This document shows positions 30,101 to 35,213 of a DNA stretch of 59,146 bases, piece by piece (position 1 is the first letter of the stretch; each line of letters begins with the position of its first letter). Below the pieces are notes generated by a model, which was given only the letters and a program-made list of their open reading frames with translations, had not been told where the DNA came from and did not search any database. The DNA lies in the NCBI GenBank assembly GCA_027067575.1, contig JAMOVQ010000026.1, positions 1 to 59,146 on the forward strand. Direction: 5' to 3'. The stretch comes from Thermoanaerobaculia bacterium. GTDB taxonomy: Bacteria; Acidobacteriota; Thermoanaerobaculia; Thermoanaerobaculales; Sulfomarinibacteraceae. Both the position numbers and the translations under genes were made by a program.

Positions 30101-30192
30101 CGGCGATCCCCGCCCTGGGGACCGGGGGTGCGGCCGGGTTCGTGCTTCTGCTGATCCTGGCCGGCCTCGCGGTGCTCCGCCGGGTCCACTGA
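18142..30192 (+). CDS. Giant (~4016 aa) surface protein with ~26 isopeptide-pilin/DUF11-type Ig-like repeats and an IPTL-CTERM-like sorting tail
   Basis: Signal peptide (MVGKNGSLIRTVLAGLGVLMAAAVCVA). Repeated xDLxIxK...GD/E...YTITVxNxG...V.D.LP...NTA units. C-terminus IPALGTGG + TM + RR. RBS GGAGGAGG. Confidence 0.92.
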   Translation: MVGKNGSLIRTVLAGLGVLMAAAVCVAQPVPTVTMDVPSEVMLGEQVSFTVTFDNTSATDPGYGPIIDLVFPVNGADGAAGTDTPDGISFVSASYLGQPVDVTIRTFPDDGGGVGCRRHPFFMKPNHRRKWVCGTAGDTLVVLKLPFGSVVPDQPPITVDVTANLSNLADLQVPLPIHARGGFQYGADPLDNPCCDSVIVNPDDSDSSSWPSSSVTPILMRISKIGLSPDTLAPEDETTVGPGFERWFQITVDVADGQTITNLDVTDILPDNVQFVAVTATQVNGSDVSTTAVATPSTTTPGGTLTRRYATVTGTTGANDVALVFRYYVPRLDANGNETIPEGSCSKVLGFNDAATLGDWDPIDPRDPSGTDNAGIDPPGHEAGFSGKTIAVQEDAAIVNDLGAAGATPGDTVEYIVEFQVSDVMAFDSLRLEQVISDGQRFDTSFTPTIQVNEHGTSTGPAAFDAANFTVTDHYTGSPSAVAPIDGTQTVEFRVSDEMVHQGLDAAVLGNCVPDGGTGGGPPDCSVYSGGKAKVRVVFRTIIQDQFTDDYPSGDPSVDQGDELTGDVDVYGNLLDPEDLTATGSTCTDDSDAGVTIVRGNVTKEVYAINGSTSFQTPVLVAPGDEVTYRIRYTLATSDFESLVVRDFLPLPVFMATDVTTFTSVVDGSIPAAGEAKYGPDDTFHAYSGIDPTLSTNAASNAVVFDYGDFDSASNQATEIDLLFTVKATDEPYADGMVLINQVRVHEGSTNAEESDDDAIAPVTLMMPRLVVRKGACQTDNPDEQYDPPLSGGGCPGQVTSDDLANDPALSDSDVSGIDVGDHMTFSMTIENQGGAGAFDITIHDVMPPGFCLPGCTTADPMCAAGASGLNFSVVRGDGFVPTWVPQGTYNDDRDLFSNGLMLDDSAGQPLFQPHDPAAGTNTLTISYELEICDISLVPGSLLANQGGVSSFASREGGPNFVDPNNPVDYTDQATMTLAMPQFAKALVGTSITDSVNAADEVVIGEMVTYQLTLTVPEGTMPSTHIVDTLDPGLAFVDVVSVVYSSSDLTSTNTIGIGPNPSNVTVGANGSSLDFDFGDLVNANTDNTVDETVTVVYRAVVLNIAANQAGTTLGNSASVSWTDGTLGPVSAADVAVIEPAIAIDKNASPTAVDAGDVITYTVNVTSPNDPSAASAMDVVVTDTLPTGMTYVAGSLGTGTCATTPTALDDSSAPALTVTWASFPPGGSCEITYQATVDQSVEPGQGMPNTVTDTWTSLPGDPGQISAHNGDATERNGSGGVNDYTGTDSATVTARNVDPAKSVGTTSESFTSGTDVAVGEVVRYRMVIELPESTVPDLRLQDVLPASLQFIDDGTARLALVSNGSPITSTEPAGSTLGLALGNGPFGSGPWVQGNDPTAVTPTFVLPDANIGSDGSLTNDPDNWAPGTDVFFKLGDLVNPDSDTDSEWIVLEFNAVVVNTADVSNGTVVNNSYLVLSGSDELADSGPAGIPSLTVREPAVIDLVKTVTPTSGDAGDTVSYQITWSNSGTATAWDTDLVDVISSGLALNASSVTITLSGGATGATDLTAGNTVHVQVTEIPVGGSVTVTYTATIETSVAPEQVLSNSVDLTWTSLPGQNGTTGNPTGSDTPGGPGSDTGERDGSGGVNDYSASDSADVTITSPEITKTVASTSEPSTGMNQGGVQLLTIGETATFSITITLPEGTTPTVVITDSLPANATGVMEVVSTSVDSIGANLTPANSPAVVTITDANLGDGINDTVSFDFGQVQNAPDGVVDDNDRITVSVTARLKDVPNNSNGNVLTNTARLQYGTGLQATDTADVEVVEPELDVSKTASPTTGDAGDTITFTVTVDHAGTSTADAFDLVVTDQIPTDMTWAGNVQTVSGPAPTVDTSGLPTVTFSWDDLALGAGPYTFTFDVTLDTTVQPQQVITNTDGLTYDTLPADNDPEERDHSDSDSASVTISAPGVTKTVTSTSVTATGNGSDSEPDLTIGEQVTYEITITVPEGTLNQTLVVDDLPTAPGLLEVVSSQVTAIDGDMTSSTGLGVGSAGTASDPNGDGRNERVTFDFGTLVNGVGGSNTITIQVVAVVPDVPVNQGGLDGLVNTASASTSGGSAVSGTAAVDIVEPELEVTKTLVTPSSPFGDAGDTLTYRITVEHTAASSADAFDVTVDDVLPVGQTYVTGSLTVVDGPAPTEDTSGLPGSVVFTWPTIALADSPVVIEYQVTLDAGVHPAETLTNTALLSWDSLPSGAPGDGGANDRDGSDSDNAEITIDAPALVKVTGVSSLSDTGQSQHDPTLTDLAIGEQVTYEITVTVPEGITQSAVVTDSVQADANGVLEVIGATVVSIGGNLTTTQAGTPTFADNMLGDGLDDTVSFDFGDITNTADGVTNDDDRIVLEVTARVVDLAANADADELVNSASLTYATGPAVDDTADIDVVEPVMAIDKTMGTPVNGVVPITVTLSNTGTAPAYDVRVTDAFAAATWDTASIAPVSIPSGFTFSVSGAPGDATVTIASDPGASPPSSSIEPGEAVAFTFQAAFVADGGTPATNPLTNTATNDQATTLPGDNTSEREEPDVSDQAQLALPSIELDKSWSIAPGGDLDGSGTASPGDILRYTITVTNSGQGAATNLAITDPINDPNLTLVTGSVTAGSGAVITTGNNAGDTAVRVDYASFAGGTSDTIAYDVQVADPVASGVSTLTNWAAGDCDELDSEPSDDPSTTDDDDPTVVPLDAAPDIAVAKDDGVTEVRPGDTITYTVTVSNVGNQDATGVVLTDPVPSGTAFVSASDGGTESGGTVTWPAFDLAAGDSAQRTLVVQVNDPAPAGQATVANTAHAADDGANGTDPDSGNNDATDTDTLIQADLGITKADSPDPVRAGEQVTYTLTIVNNGPSAEPNAVATDTLPAQFTFASATASQGSCTEAGGVVTCALGAMASGATATVTIVCDVPANVAAGSYTNTASVSGDESDPVSTNDTASEDTSVVEEADLAITKTDSPDPVTAGEPLTWTLTVTNNGPSDATNVVVTDTLPAGVTFDSADAGCTEAGGTVTCTATNLAAGDSASFDVVVTVDPFTTGTIQNAASVTADQTDTDTTNDTDDEDTAVETRADLSVVKDAPATVARGDDLTYTITVANAGPSDAENVTLFDPTPGGLTFVSATAPCTGGFPCDLGTLAAGASVTLTATYTVPADYSGADPILNTASVATDTVDTDSTNNSDDGTTAVDRTPECDVSVDKTGPPSAAVGSTVTYTLVASNAGPDAAADVVLDDPAPAGLTFASADGPCAGGFPCTLGTLDPGQTVTVHATYDIPASYTGSDITNTATVTTTTDQTDTTNDSDDETTPIGADPVDLVVDKQGPTAANPGDDITYTITVTNRGPGDATGVTATDTFPGDVTWVSDSCGNDFADGVWNIGNLAAGDSVTCEITAHVDPNAAGPQTNSVTVSANEDDSDTSNNTDDTITGLGAEAADVAVVKTGPARTYPGSDLVYTLTVTNNGPGLAANVVLDDPTPTGLTFVSASAPCAGGFPCTLGNLTSGSSVSMSVTFQVPTNYSGPDPIVNTASVTTDSQDADAGNDTDDASTDYVPEADASIDKDDGQTTAVPGTTITYTITVGNAGPGEIVGGTVTDTFPAILTGISWTCTASAGSSCTASGTGDIADTVTILPNGTLTYTVTATIVPDATGNLVNQATVTLPNGMTDPDPADNTDDDTDTLTPQTDLTIVKTDSPDPVLEGSNLTWTLDVTNNGPSDATGVTVTDPLPAGVAFQSATASQGTCSETGGVVTCDLGDMAAGTTAQVQIVAMVDWNEPGPIQNSASVSGDQDDPDGTNDTDDEPTDVLYSQLDVLKTVSPPPDGEAYRPGDVITWTIVTTNSGNSPAANAILGDPLPVGAAYVPGSLTLDGVAQTDAVDGDAGSYDGATRTVTVDLAPVPANGGTRTITFQTELVGYTGNPPTTIWNQATVDTPGGTVPSDDPDTSENDDPTDVTIESVPAIPALGTGGAAGFVLLLILAGLAVLRRVH

Positions 30193-30200
30193 TTCCGCTC

Positions 30201-30233
30201 GCTCCCGGCCGGGTTCGAACCCCGGCCGGGAGC
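30201..30233. terminator. 13-bp hairpin after the giant gene, between convergent genes
   Basis: GCTCCCGGCCGGG-ttcgaac-CCCGGCCGGGAGC. Confidence 0.65.
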
Positions 30234-30319
30234 CGTTCACTCACAGACCGGAGGGTTTCGGGCCAGGACCGGGGAGGCGTCTTTCAGAGGGAGTCCGAAC
30301 ACAGGTCGCGGCGGCGGGC

Positions 30320-30667
30320 TCAGCGGAAGCCGATCATCCCGTGACGGGCGAGCTGGTGGAGGAACAGCGCCACGCGGGCCTCGGCGGCCTCCATCTCTCC
30401 GCCCTCGGCCTCCCGGAGCGCCGAGGCGATCTCTTCGGCGGAGCGCTCCCCGTCCAGGAGGCGCCAGACCGCCGAGCCCCGCTCGTCGAGCAGGATCGTC
30501 GGTGAGGAGAGGAAGGCGGCGATCCGTTCCAGGAACCCCCGCACCCCCGGGGTCTCCGGCTGCGGCCTCCTGAGGAGCACGCGCCCCTCCCGATCCTCCC
30601 ACGACGCCAGCGGGACCGGCGTGAGGGCCAGCATTTCCCCGACGGTCATGGTCCGCTTCCGTGCCAT
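30320..30667 (-). CDS. PqqD-family (RRE-like) protein
   Basis: LDERGSAVWRLLDGERSAEEIA...RVALFLHQL..GMI matches the PqqD winged-helix pattern. Confidence 0.8.
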   Translation of the reverse strand: MARKRTMTVGEMLALTPVPLASWEDREGRVLLRRPQPETPGVRGFLERIAAFLSSPTILLDERGSAVWRLLDGERSAEEIASALREAEGGEMEAAEARVALFLHQLARHGMIGFR

Positions 30668-30671
30668 GGCG

Positions 30672-31655
30672 CTACACCACGTACGCCATGGCGAACCCCA
30701 CCTGCGCCGCCATCATCATCAGGTACATGTGGGTCCAGGACGGGTGGTTCTCCACGGTGGCCAGGGCGCCGGGGTCGCGGAGCATCAGCCGGATGGTGTA
30801 CACGCCCCACGCCGCCAGTCCCAGCCCCAGGGCGACGAGCACCGGACCGTTCCCCGTCAGGATCGCGTGGGCCGGGTCGTGGGGGTCGGGGAGCATCGCC
30901 CCGAGCGGCATCAGCAACCACGGGAGCACGAACGACGGCGCCATCAGGTGCACGGCCCGCCTGGTGCCGTAGATCAGCGGCAGGGTCCGGCAGCCGCCGC
31001 GGGCATCTCCCTCCATGTCCGAGAAGTCCTTGGTCGAGCTCGCCCCGAGGAGGAACATCCCGAAGATCGCCCCGATCCACCACGGCTCGGCGGACCAGAC
31101 CGGCGCCACCATGGACCACCCGGCGACCTTGAGCAGCGTGCCCCGGGGGATGGCGATGGTCAGGTTGGCCAGCCACCCGAGCCGCTTCGTGCGGCCGAAC
31201 GCCGGCAGGGAGTAGACGAGGGTGAACAGCAGCCCCGCCAGGTAGATGAAGAAGCAGACGTGCTCGGACACGGGCGCTGTCAGCTTTGCCGCCAGGGTGT
31301 CGTAGGGGTGCGGCACCACGAGCCAGGTCGGGAGCAACGCCAGCGCGTACATGACGACGGTGACCGTCCACGCCTCCCGGAGCGACACCCGTCCCGAGGG
31401 CAGGGCCCTCCCCGGCTTGTTGACCCGGTCGATCTCCAGGTCGGCGATCTGGTTGAGGATGTTCGATGCCGCGTTGAGCAGTGAAGCGCACGCCGAGCCC
31501 AGCACGACGGTGGCCACCACGGTCCAGGTCAGCCGGTGGGCCGGGTCCGGGTTGTGGACCGAGCCGAAGGCGCACACCGCGCCCGAGACGATTCCGAGCA
31601 GCGGCGGCAGCAGCGTGAACGGCCGGGAGAGGTCCCGGAGGTCCTTCAACGTCAT
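30672..31655 (-). CDS. UbiA-superfamily prenyltransferase (HPT/ChlG/DGGGP-synthase-like motifs)
   Basis: RP.TL N-terminus, NQIADLEIDRVNKPGRALPSG, YSLP, KDFSDMEGD...RTLP..YG, multiple TMs. Confidence 0.88.
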   Translation of the reverse strand: MTLKDLRDLSRPFTLLPPLLGIVSGAVCAFGSVHNPDPAHRLTWTVVATVVLGSACASLLNAASNILNQIADLEIDRVNKPGRALPSGRVSLREAWTVTVVMYALALLPTWLVVPHPYDTLAAKLTAPVSEHVCFFIYLAGLLFTLVYSLPAFGRTKRLGWLANLTIAIPRGTLLKVAGWSMVAPVWSAEPWWIGAIFGMFLLGASSTKDFSDMEGDARGGCRTLPLIYGTRRAVHLMAPSFVLPWLLMPLGAMLPDPHDPAHAILTGNGPVLVALGLGLAAWGVYTIRLMLRDPGALATVENHPSWTHMYLMMMAAQVGFAMAYVV

Positions 31656-31699
31656 GGCCGGGAGTCTACCGCACCCCGGACGCGCCCTCCGGCATTCCC

Positions 31700-32045
31700 C
31701 GGCGTGGCTGACCAGGCTGTGAGGGATTGCTTCGTCACCCGCCTTCGGCGAGTCCGTGGGGCGCGCCAAGCTGTCAGGGATTGCTTCGCCGTTCTCCTTA
31801 CGGAGTCCGGCTCGCAATGACAGGGCCAGGACATGGCCGAGGCGCTCAGCCCGCGCGGAGCGCGGGGACCGGCCGCCGGTTCGCCCTCCGCGAGAGAAAG
31901 GGAGTGTCCCCTTCTCCGGTTTGCGCTTCGGAGAACGAGGTCCATCACGATCGGGACTGTCCCCTCAAAGGAGCCCCCGGCCATCCAGCGATCGAGCGCC
32001 CCACGAGGAACGGAAGAGAAAGGGAGTGTCCCCTTCTCCGGTGGG
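31700..32045 (-). repeat. Mosaic intergenic repeat (modules A, C, B plus 28-nt direct repeats)
   Basis: The reverse complement of 31923-32013 matches 57539-57629 (82/91 nt). That of 31761-31822 matches 57119-57180 (58/62). 31850-31894 resembles 57202-57247. Identical 28-mers at 31893-31920 and 32015-32042. Confidence 0.88.
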
Positions 32046-32053
32046 AAGGAGGG

Positions 32054-33394
32054 TCACGGCGGGAGCAGGAGGGTGATGGCGTGGAGGATCAGGGCGCCGG
32101 TGACGGTGTTGGCCAGGTTGGTGCCGGTGTTGGTGACGGGGCCGAGCCGGGGGAGGAACCCCTCGGCGAGCATGGCGAGGAAGCCGGCCGCCGTCACGGG
32201 GAGGAGCGCCCCCGCCGGGAGGAACCCCGAGGCCACGGCCGCCCCGGCGATCGCCGCCGCGCCGGCGAGCCCGGCCAGGGTGCCGGGGATCGAGACGGCG
32301 CCCTCGGTCCCGGGCGGCACGGGCCGCAGGGAGGGCAGTGCCCAGGTCCGGCGGCCGTACGCTTTGCCGATCTCCGAGGCTGCGGTGTCCGCGAGCGCCG
32401 CGGCGAGACCCGCCGCCACGACCGCCGCCGCCGCGGCGCTTCCCGTCAGTCCGTAGAGGACGCTTCCCACGAGGCAGAGCGCGCCGTTGGCCGCCACGTG
32501 GGCGAGCCCCCTCCGGCGCTCGTCCTCGAGCCCGGCGCGGCGCTTCTCGGCGCGCCGGATCCTGGTGACGGCCGTGCCGCCCGCCAGGAAGATCCAGAGG
32601 AGCAGGTAGGCGCGCCACGTCCCGAACCCCAGGGTCACCGTGCCGAGGAGCCAGGCGGCCGCGATCCCGGGGCCCTCCAGCAGCCGCACCGCCCGCGCCG
32701 CCACGGCGATGGCCAGGTTGACGGCCGCCGCCAGCGCCACGGCCCGCGCGAGGGCCGGCGGGTCCGTCAGGCCGGCCGTCCCCGCGGTGGCCGCCGCCAG
32801 GACGAGGGTCCCGGCCAGCGGCGGCAGCACGTTGTCGTCGAGCCCGTGGGGGAGCGACTCCAGCACCGCCGCCAGGACGGTACCGAGCACGACGGCCACC
32901 GCCGCGGCCGTACCGTACGCCCCGTACGGGCACCGTCCCCAGACGAAGGCGAACAGCGCCACGCCGAGCGCCCCGCCACCCAGGACGTACCCGGTGAACC
33001 CCTCCCACGACTTGGCGCCGTTCCAGGGGAGCGGGTGGCGGCCCCACAGCATCCCCACGGTGCCCGCCACGGCGTCGCCCCCGGCGAGCAGACCCCAGCC
33101 GAAGGCGGCCAGCGCCAGCCCGGACGCGCCCGGCCGGTGGAAGAGCACGATCAGGGCCAGGACCACCAGCGGGTACAGGAGCACGCCGCGGTCGGAGGCG
33201 CCGTGCCGTTTGGTAGCCAGGCGGTGGCCGAGCAGACGCGGCAGGAGCAGGAGGTTGAACAGGAACGCCACCAGGGCACACAGGGCGGCGGCGCGCCAGT
33301 CGAGCCAGCGCAGCGCCAGCGCGAAGGCGGCCATGCCCAGGTGGACCGCCTTGCGGGGCAGCTCGCCGGGAGGCAGCGTGCGGCGGGCGGTCAC
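32054..33394 (-). CDS. Fusion of CTP-dependent phytol/dolichol-kinase-like domain and DUF92 (TIGR00297/VTE6-like) domain
   Basis: N-half: ELPRKAVH, GDAVAGTVG..WG......KSWEG, LDDN. C-half: RGLAHVAANG, ADTAASEIGKAYG, VPPGTEGAVS..GTLAG. GTGA overlap with the upstream SDR gene. Confidence 0.82.
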   Translation of the reverse strand: MTARRTLPPGELPRKAVHLGMAAFALALRWLDWRAAALCALVAFLFNLLLLPRLLGHRLATKRHGASDRGVLLYPLVVLALIVLFHRPGASGLALAAFGWGLLAGGDAVAGTVGMLWGRHPLPWNGAKSWEGFTGYVLGGGALGVALFAFVWGRCPYGAYGTAAAVAVVLGTVLAAVLESLPHGLDDNVLPPLAGTLVLAAATAGTAGLTDPPALARAVALAAAVNLAIAVAARAVRLLEGPGIAAAWLLGTVTLGFGTWRAYLLLWIFLAGGTAVTRIRRAEKRRAGLEDERRRGLAHVAANGALCLVGSVLYGLTGSAAAAAVVAAGLAAALADTAASEIGKAYGRRTWALPSLRPVPPGTEGAVSIPGTLAGLAGAAAIAGAAVASGFLPAGALLPVTAAGFLAMLAEGFLPRLGPVTNTGTNLANTVTGALILHAITLLLPP

Positions 33395-34377
33395 GGCGCC
33401 TCCGAGAGCGTCAGGGTGCGGCGGACCTCCCGCCGCCACCACTCCAGGAGGTCGAGCAGCGTCTGTTCGATGGGAATGGCGGGCTCCCACCCCGTCGCCT
33501 CGCGGAACGCCTCGGCACTTCCCCACAGGGCCGGGATGTCGGCGGTCCGGAGACGGCCGGGATCGACGCGGACCTCGACGGTCTCCTCGCTGGAGGAGAG
33601 CAGGAGGTCGAGGACCCGCCGGATCGTGACGGGACGCCCCGAGCAGACGTTGTAGACGGCACCGGGTTCCCCCCGGGTGGCCGCCAGCCAGTATGCGCGG
33701 ACCACGTCGCGCACGTCACAGAGATCGCGGACCACGTCGAGGTTTCCGACCTCGATCCGCGGCGGACGCATCCCGGCCTCGATCTCGGCGATCTGCCGGG
33801 CGAAGGAGGAGGCGACGAACCGGGAGGGGCGGCGCGGCCCGGTGTGGTTGAACAGCCTGAGCCGGACGATCTCCATGGAGTACGCCGTGGCGTACTGGGC
33901 GGCCAGGAGGTCCTGGGCCGCCTTGCTGACGCCGTACGGGGAGACCGGCGCCAGCGGCGTATCCTCCCGGGCTGGGAGGTGGTCCTCGGGGACGGCCCCG
34001 TACACCTCGCCGGAGCAGGCCACCACGATCCTGGGGTTCATGTCCAGCGTCCGGATCCCCTCGAGGAGGTACACCTGGCCGATGGCGTTGACCTGGAGCA
34101 CCTCGGCGGGCGTGACCCACGAGGAGGAGACGGTGGAGGCCGCGGCGAGGTGGAAGACGATGTCGGGCCGCGCGGCCCGGAGCGCCCTGAGGATCGCCGG
34201 AGCGTCGGTCAGGTCGCCCTCGACGAGCCGGACGAGCGGTGCGATGGGGCCGAGCACCTCGGCCTCAGAGTCCCACCGGACGAGCCCCCAGATCGTGGCC
34301 TCGGGAACGCGCTCCACGAGCAGCTCGGCGAGGTACCGCCCGGCGAACCCGGTGATCCCGGTGATCAGGACGCGCAT
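33391..34377 (-). CDS. GDP-mannose 4,6-dehydratase / GDP-4-dehydro-6-deoxy-D-mannose reductase family SDR
   Basis: LITGITGFAG, HLAA, SPYGVSK, FNHTGPR, GNLDVVRDLCDVRDVVRAY. Confidence 0.85.
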   Translation of the reverse strand: MRVLITGITGFAGRYLAELLVERVPEATIWGLVRWDSEAEVLGPIAPLVRLVEGDLTDAPAILRALRAARPDIVFHLAAASTVSSSWVTPAEVLQVNAIGQVYLLEGIRTLDMNPRIVVACSGEVYGAVPEDHLPAREDTPLAPVSPYGVSKAAQDLLAAQYATAYSMEIVRLRLFNHTGPRRPSRFVASSFARQIAEIEAGMRPPRIEVGNLDVVRDLCDVRDVVRAYWLAATRGEPGAVYNVCSGRPVTIRRVLDLLLSSSEETVEVRVDPGRLRTADIPALWGSAEAFREATGWEPAIPIEQTLLDLLEWWRREVRRTLTLSEAP

Positions 34378-35213
34378 CGTGCCTCCAGGTCGCGGTCGAG
34401 GGCGTTCTCCCACGGCGGGAGCTCCCGCCCGAGGAGCCGCCGGAGCCGGTCCGTCGCCAGGACGGAGTTCGCGGGCCGCCGGGCCGGCCGGGGGAACGCC
34501 TCGGTGGGAACGGGGCGGACCGCGACCCCCGGCGCGGTCCGCGCGACGATGGCCCGGGCGAACCCGTGCCAGGTCGTGGACCCGGCGTTGACGACGTGGA
34601 TCGTGCCCGTGGCCCCGCGGGCGAGGAGGTCGAGGATCGCCCCGGCGAGATCGGGGGCGTAGGTGGGGCAGCCGCGCTGATCGGCCACCACGTCCAGCGT
34701 CCGGGCTCCGGACTCGACCTGCCGGAGGATCGCCTCGACGAAGTTCCGGCCCCCGGGGCCGAACAGCCAGGCCGTCCGGACCACCAGGTGCCGGCGGGCG
34801 GTCCGGGCCAGCGACTCGCCGAGCGCCTTGCTCCGGCCGTAGGCGTTGACCGGGTCCACGGGGTCGTCCTCGGCCCACGGCCGGGAGCCGGTGCCCGGGA
34901 AGACGTAGTCGGTGGAGACCTGGACGAGCACCGCTCCGGCGAGATCGGCGGCGCGGGCCAGGTTGCCCACGGCGAGACCGTTGATCCGGTTGGCCGCGTC
35001 GGGCTCGGACTCGCAGCGGTCAACGTCGGTCATCGCCGCGCAGTTGACGATCACCGACGGGCGCACGCGGAGGACCGTCCGCTCCACGGCCACGGGATCG
35101 GCGATGTCCAGCGTGTCGAGATCGTGCCCCTCGGCCGCGAGCCTCCGCCTGGCGGCCTCGGCGAGGAGGGCCGCGCCCAGCTGGCCGCGGGACCCCGTGA
35201 CGAGGACCGTCAT
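34365..35213 (-). CDS. rfbD: dTDP-4-dehydrorhamnose reductase
   Basis: VTGSRGQLG, NCAAMTDVDRCE, STDYVF, YGRSKALGE, DQRGCPT, ARRPANS. Confidence 0.92.
   Translation of the reverse strand: MTVLVTGSRGQLGAALLAEAARRRLAAEGHDLDTLDIADPVAVERTVLRVRPSVIVNCAAMTDVDRCESEPDAANRINGLAVGNLARAADLAGAVLVQVSTDYVFPGTGSRPWAEDDPVDPVNAYGRSKALGESLARTARRHLVVRTAWLFGPGGRNFVEAILRQVESGARTLDVVADQRGCPTYAPDLAGAILDLLARGATGTIHVVNAGSTTWHGFARAIVARTAPGVAVRPVPTEAFPRPARRPANSVLATDRLRRLLGRELPPWENALDRDLEARCAS

Noticed and set aside
30209-30233. CCGGG-TTCGAAC-CCCGG resembles a tRNA T-arm (possible att remnant of an island holding the giant gene)
   Set aside because: No D/anticodon arms or CCA, and no matching copy at the other end. It is fully explained as part of a 13-bp terminator-like hairpin.
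31893-32042. 28-nt repeat / 94-nt spacer / repeat as a mini-CRISPR
   Set aside because: Only two repeats, the spacer is too long and is itself a dispersed repeat, and there are no cas genes.
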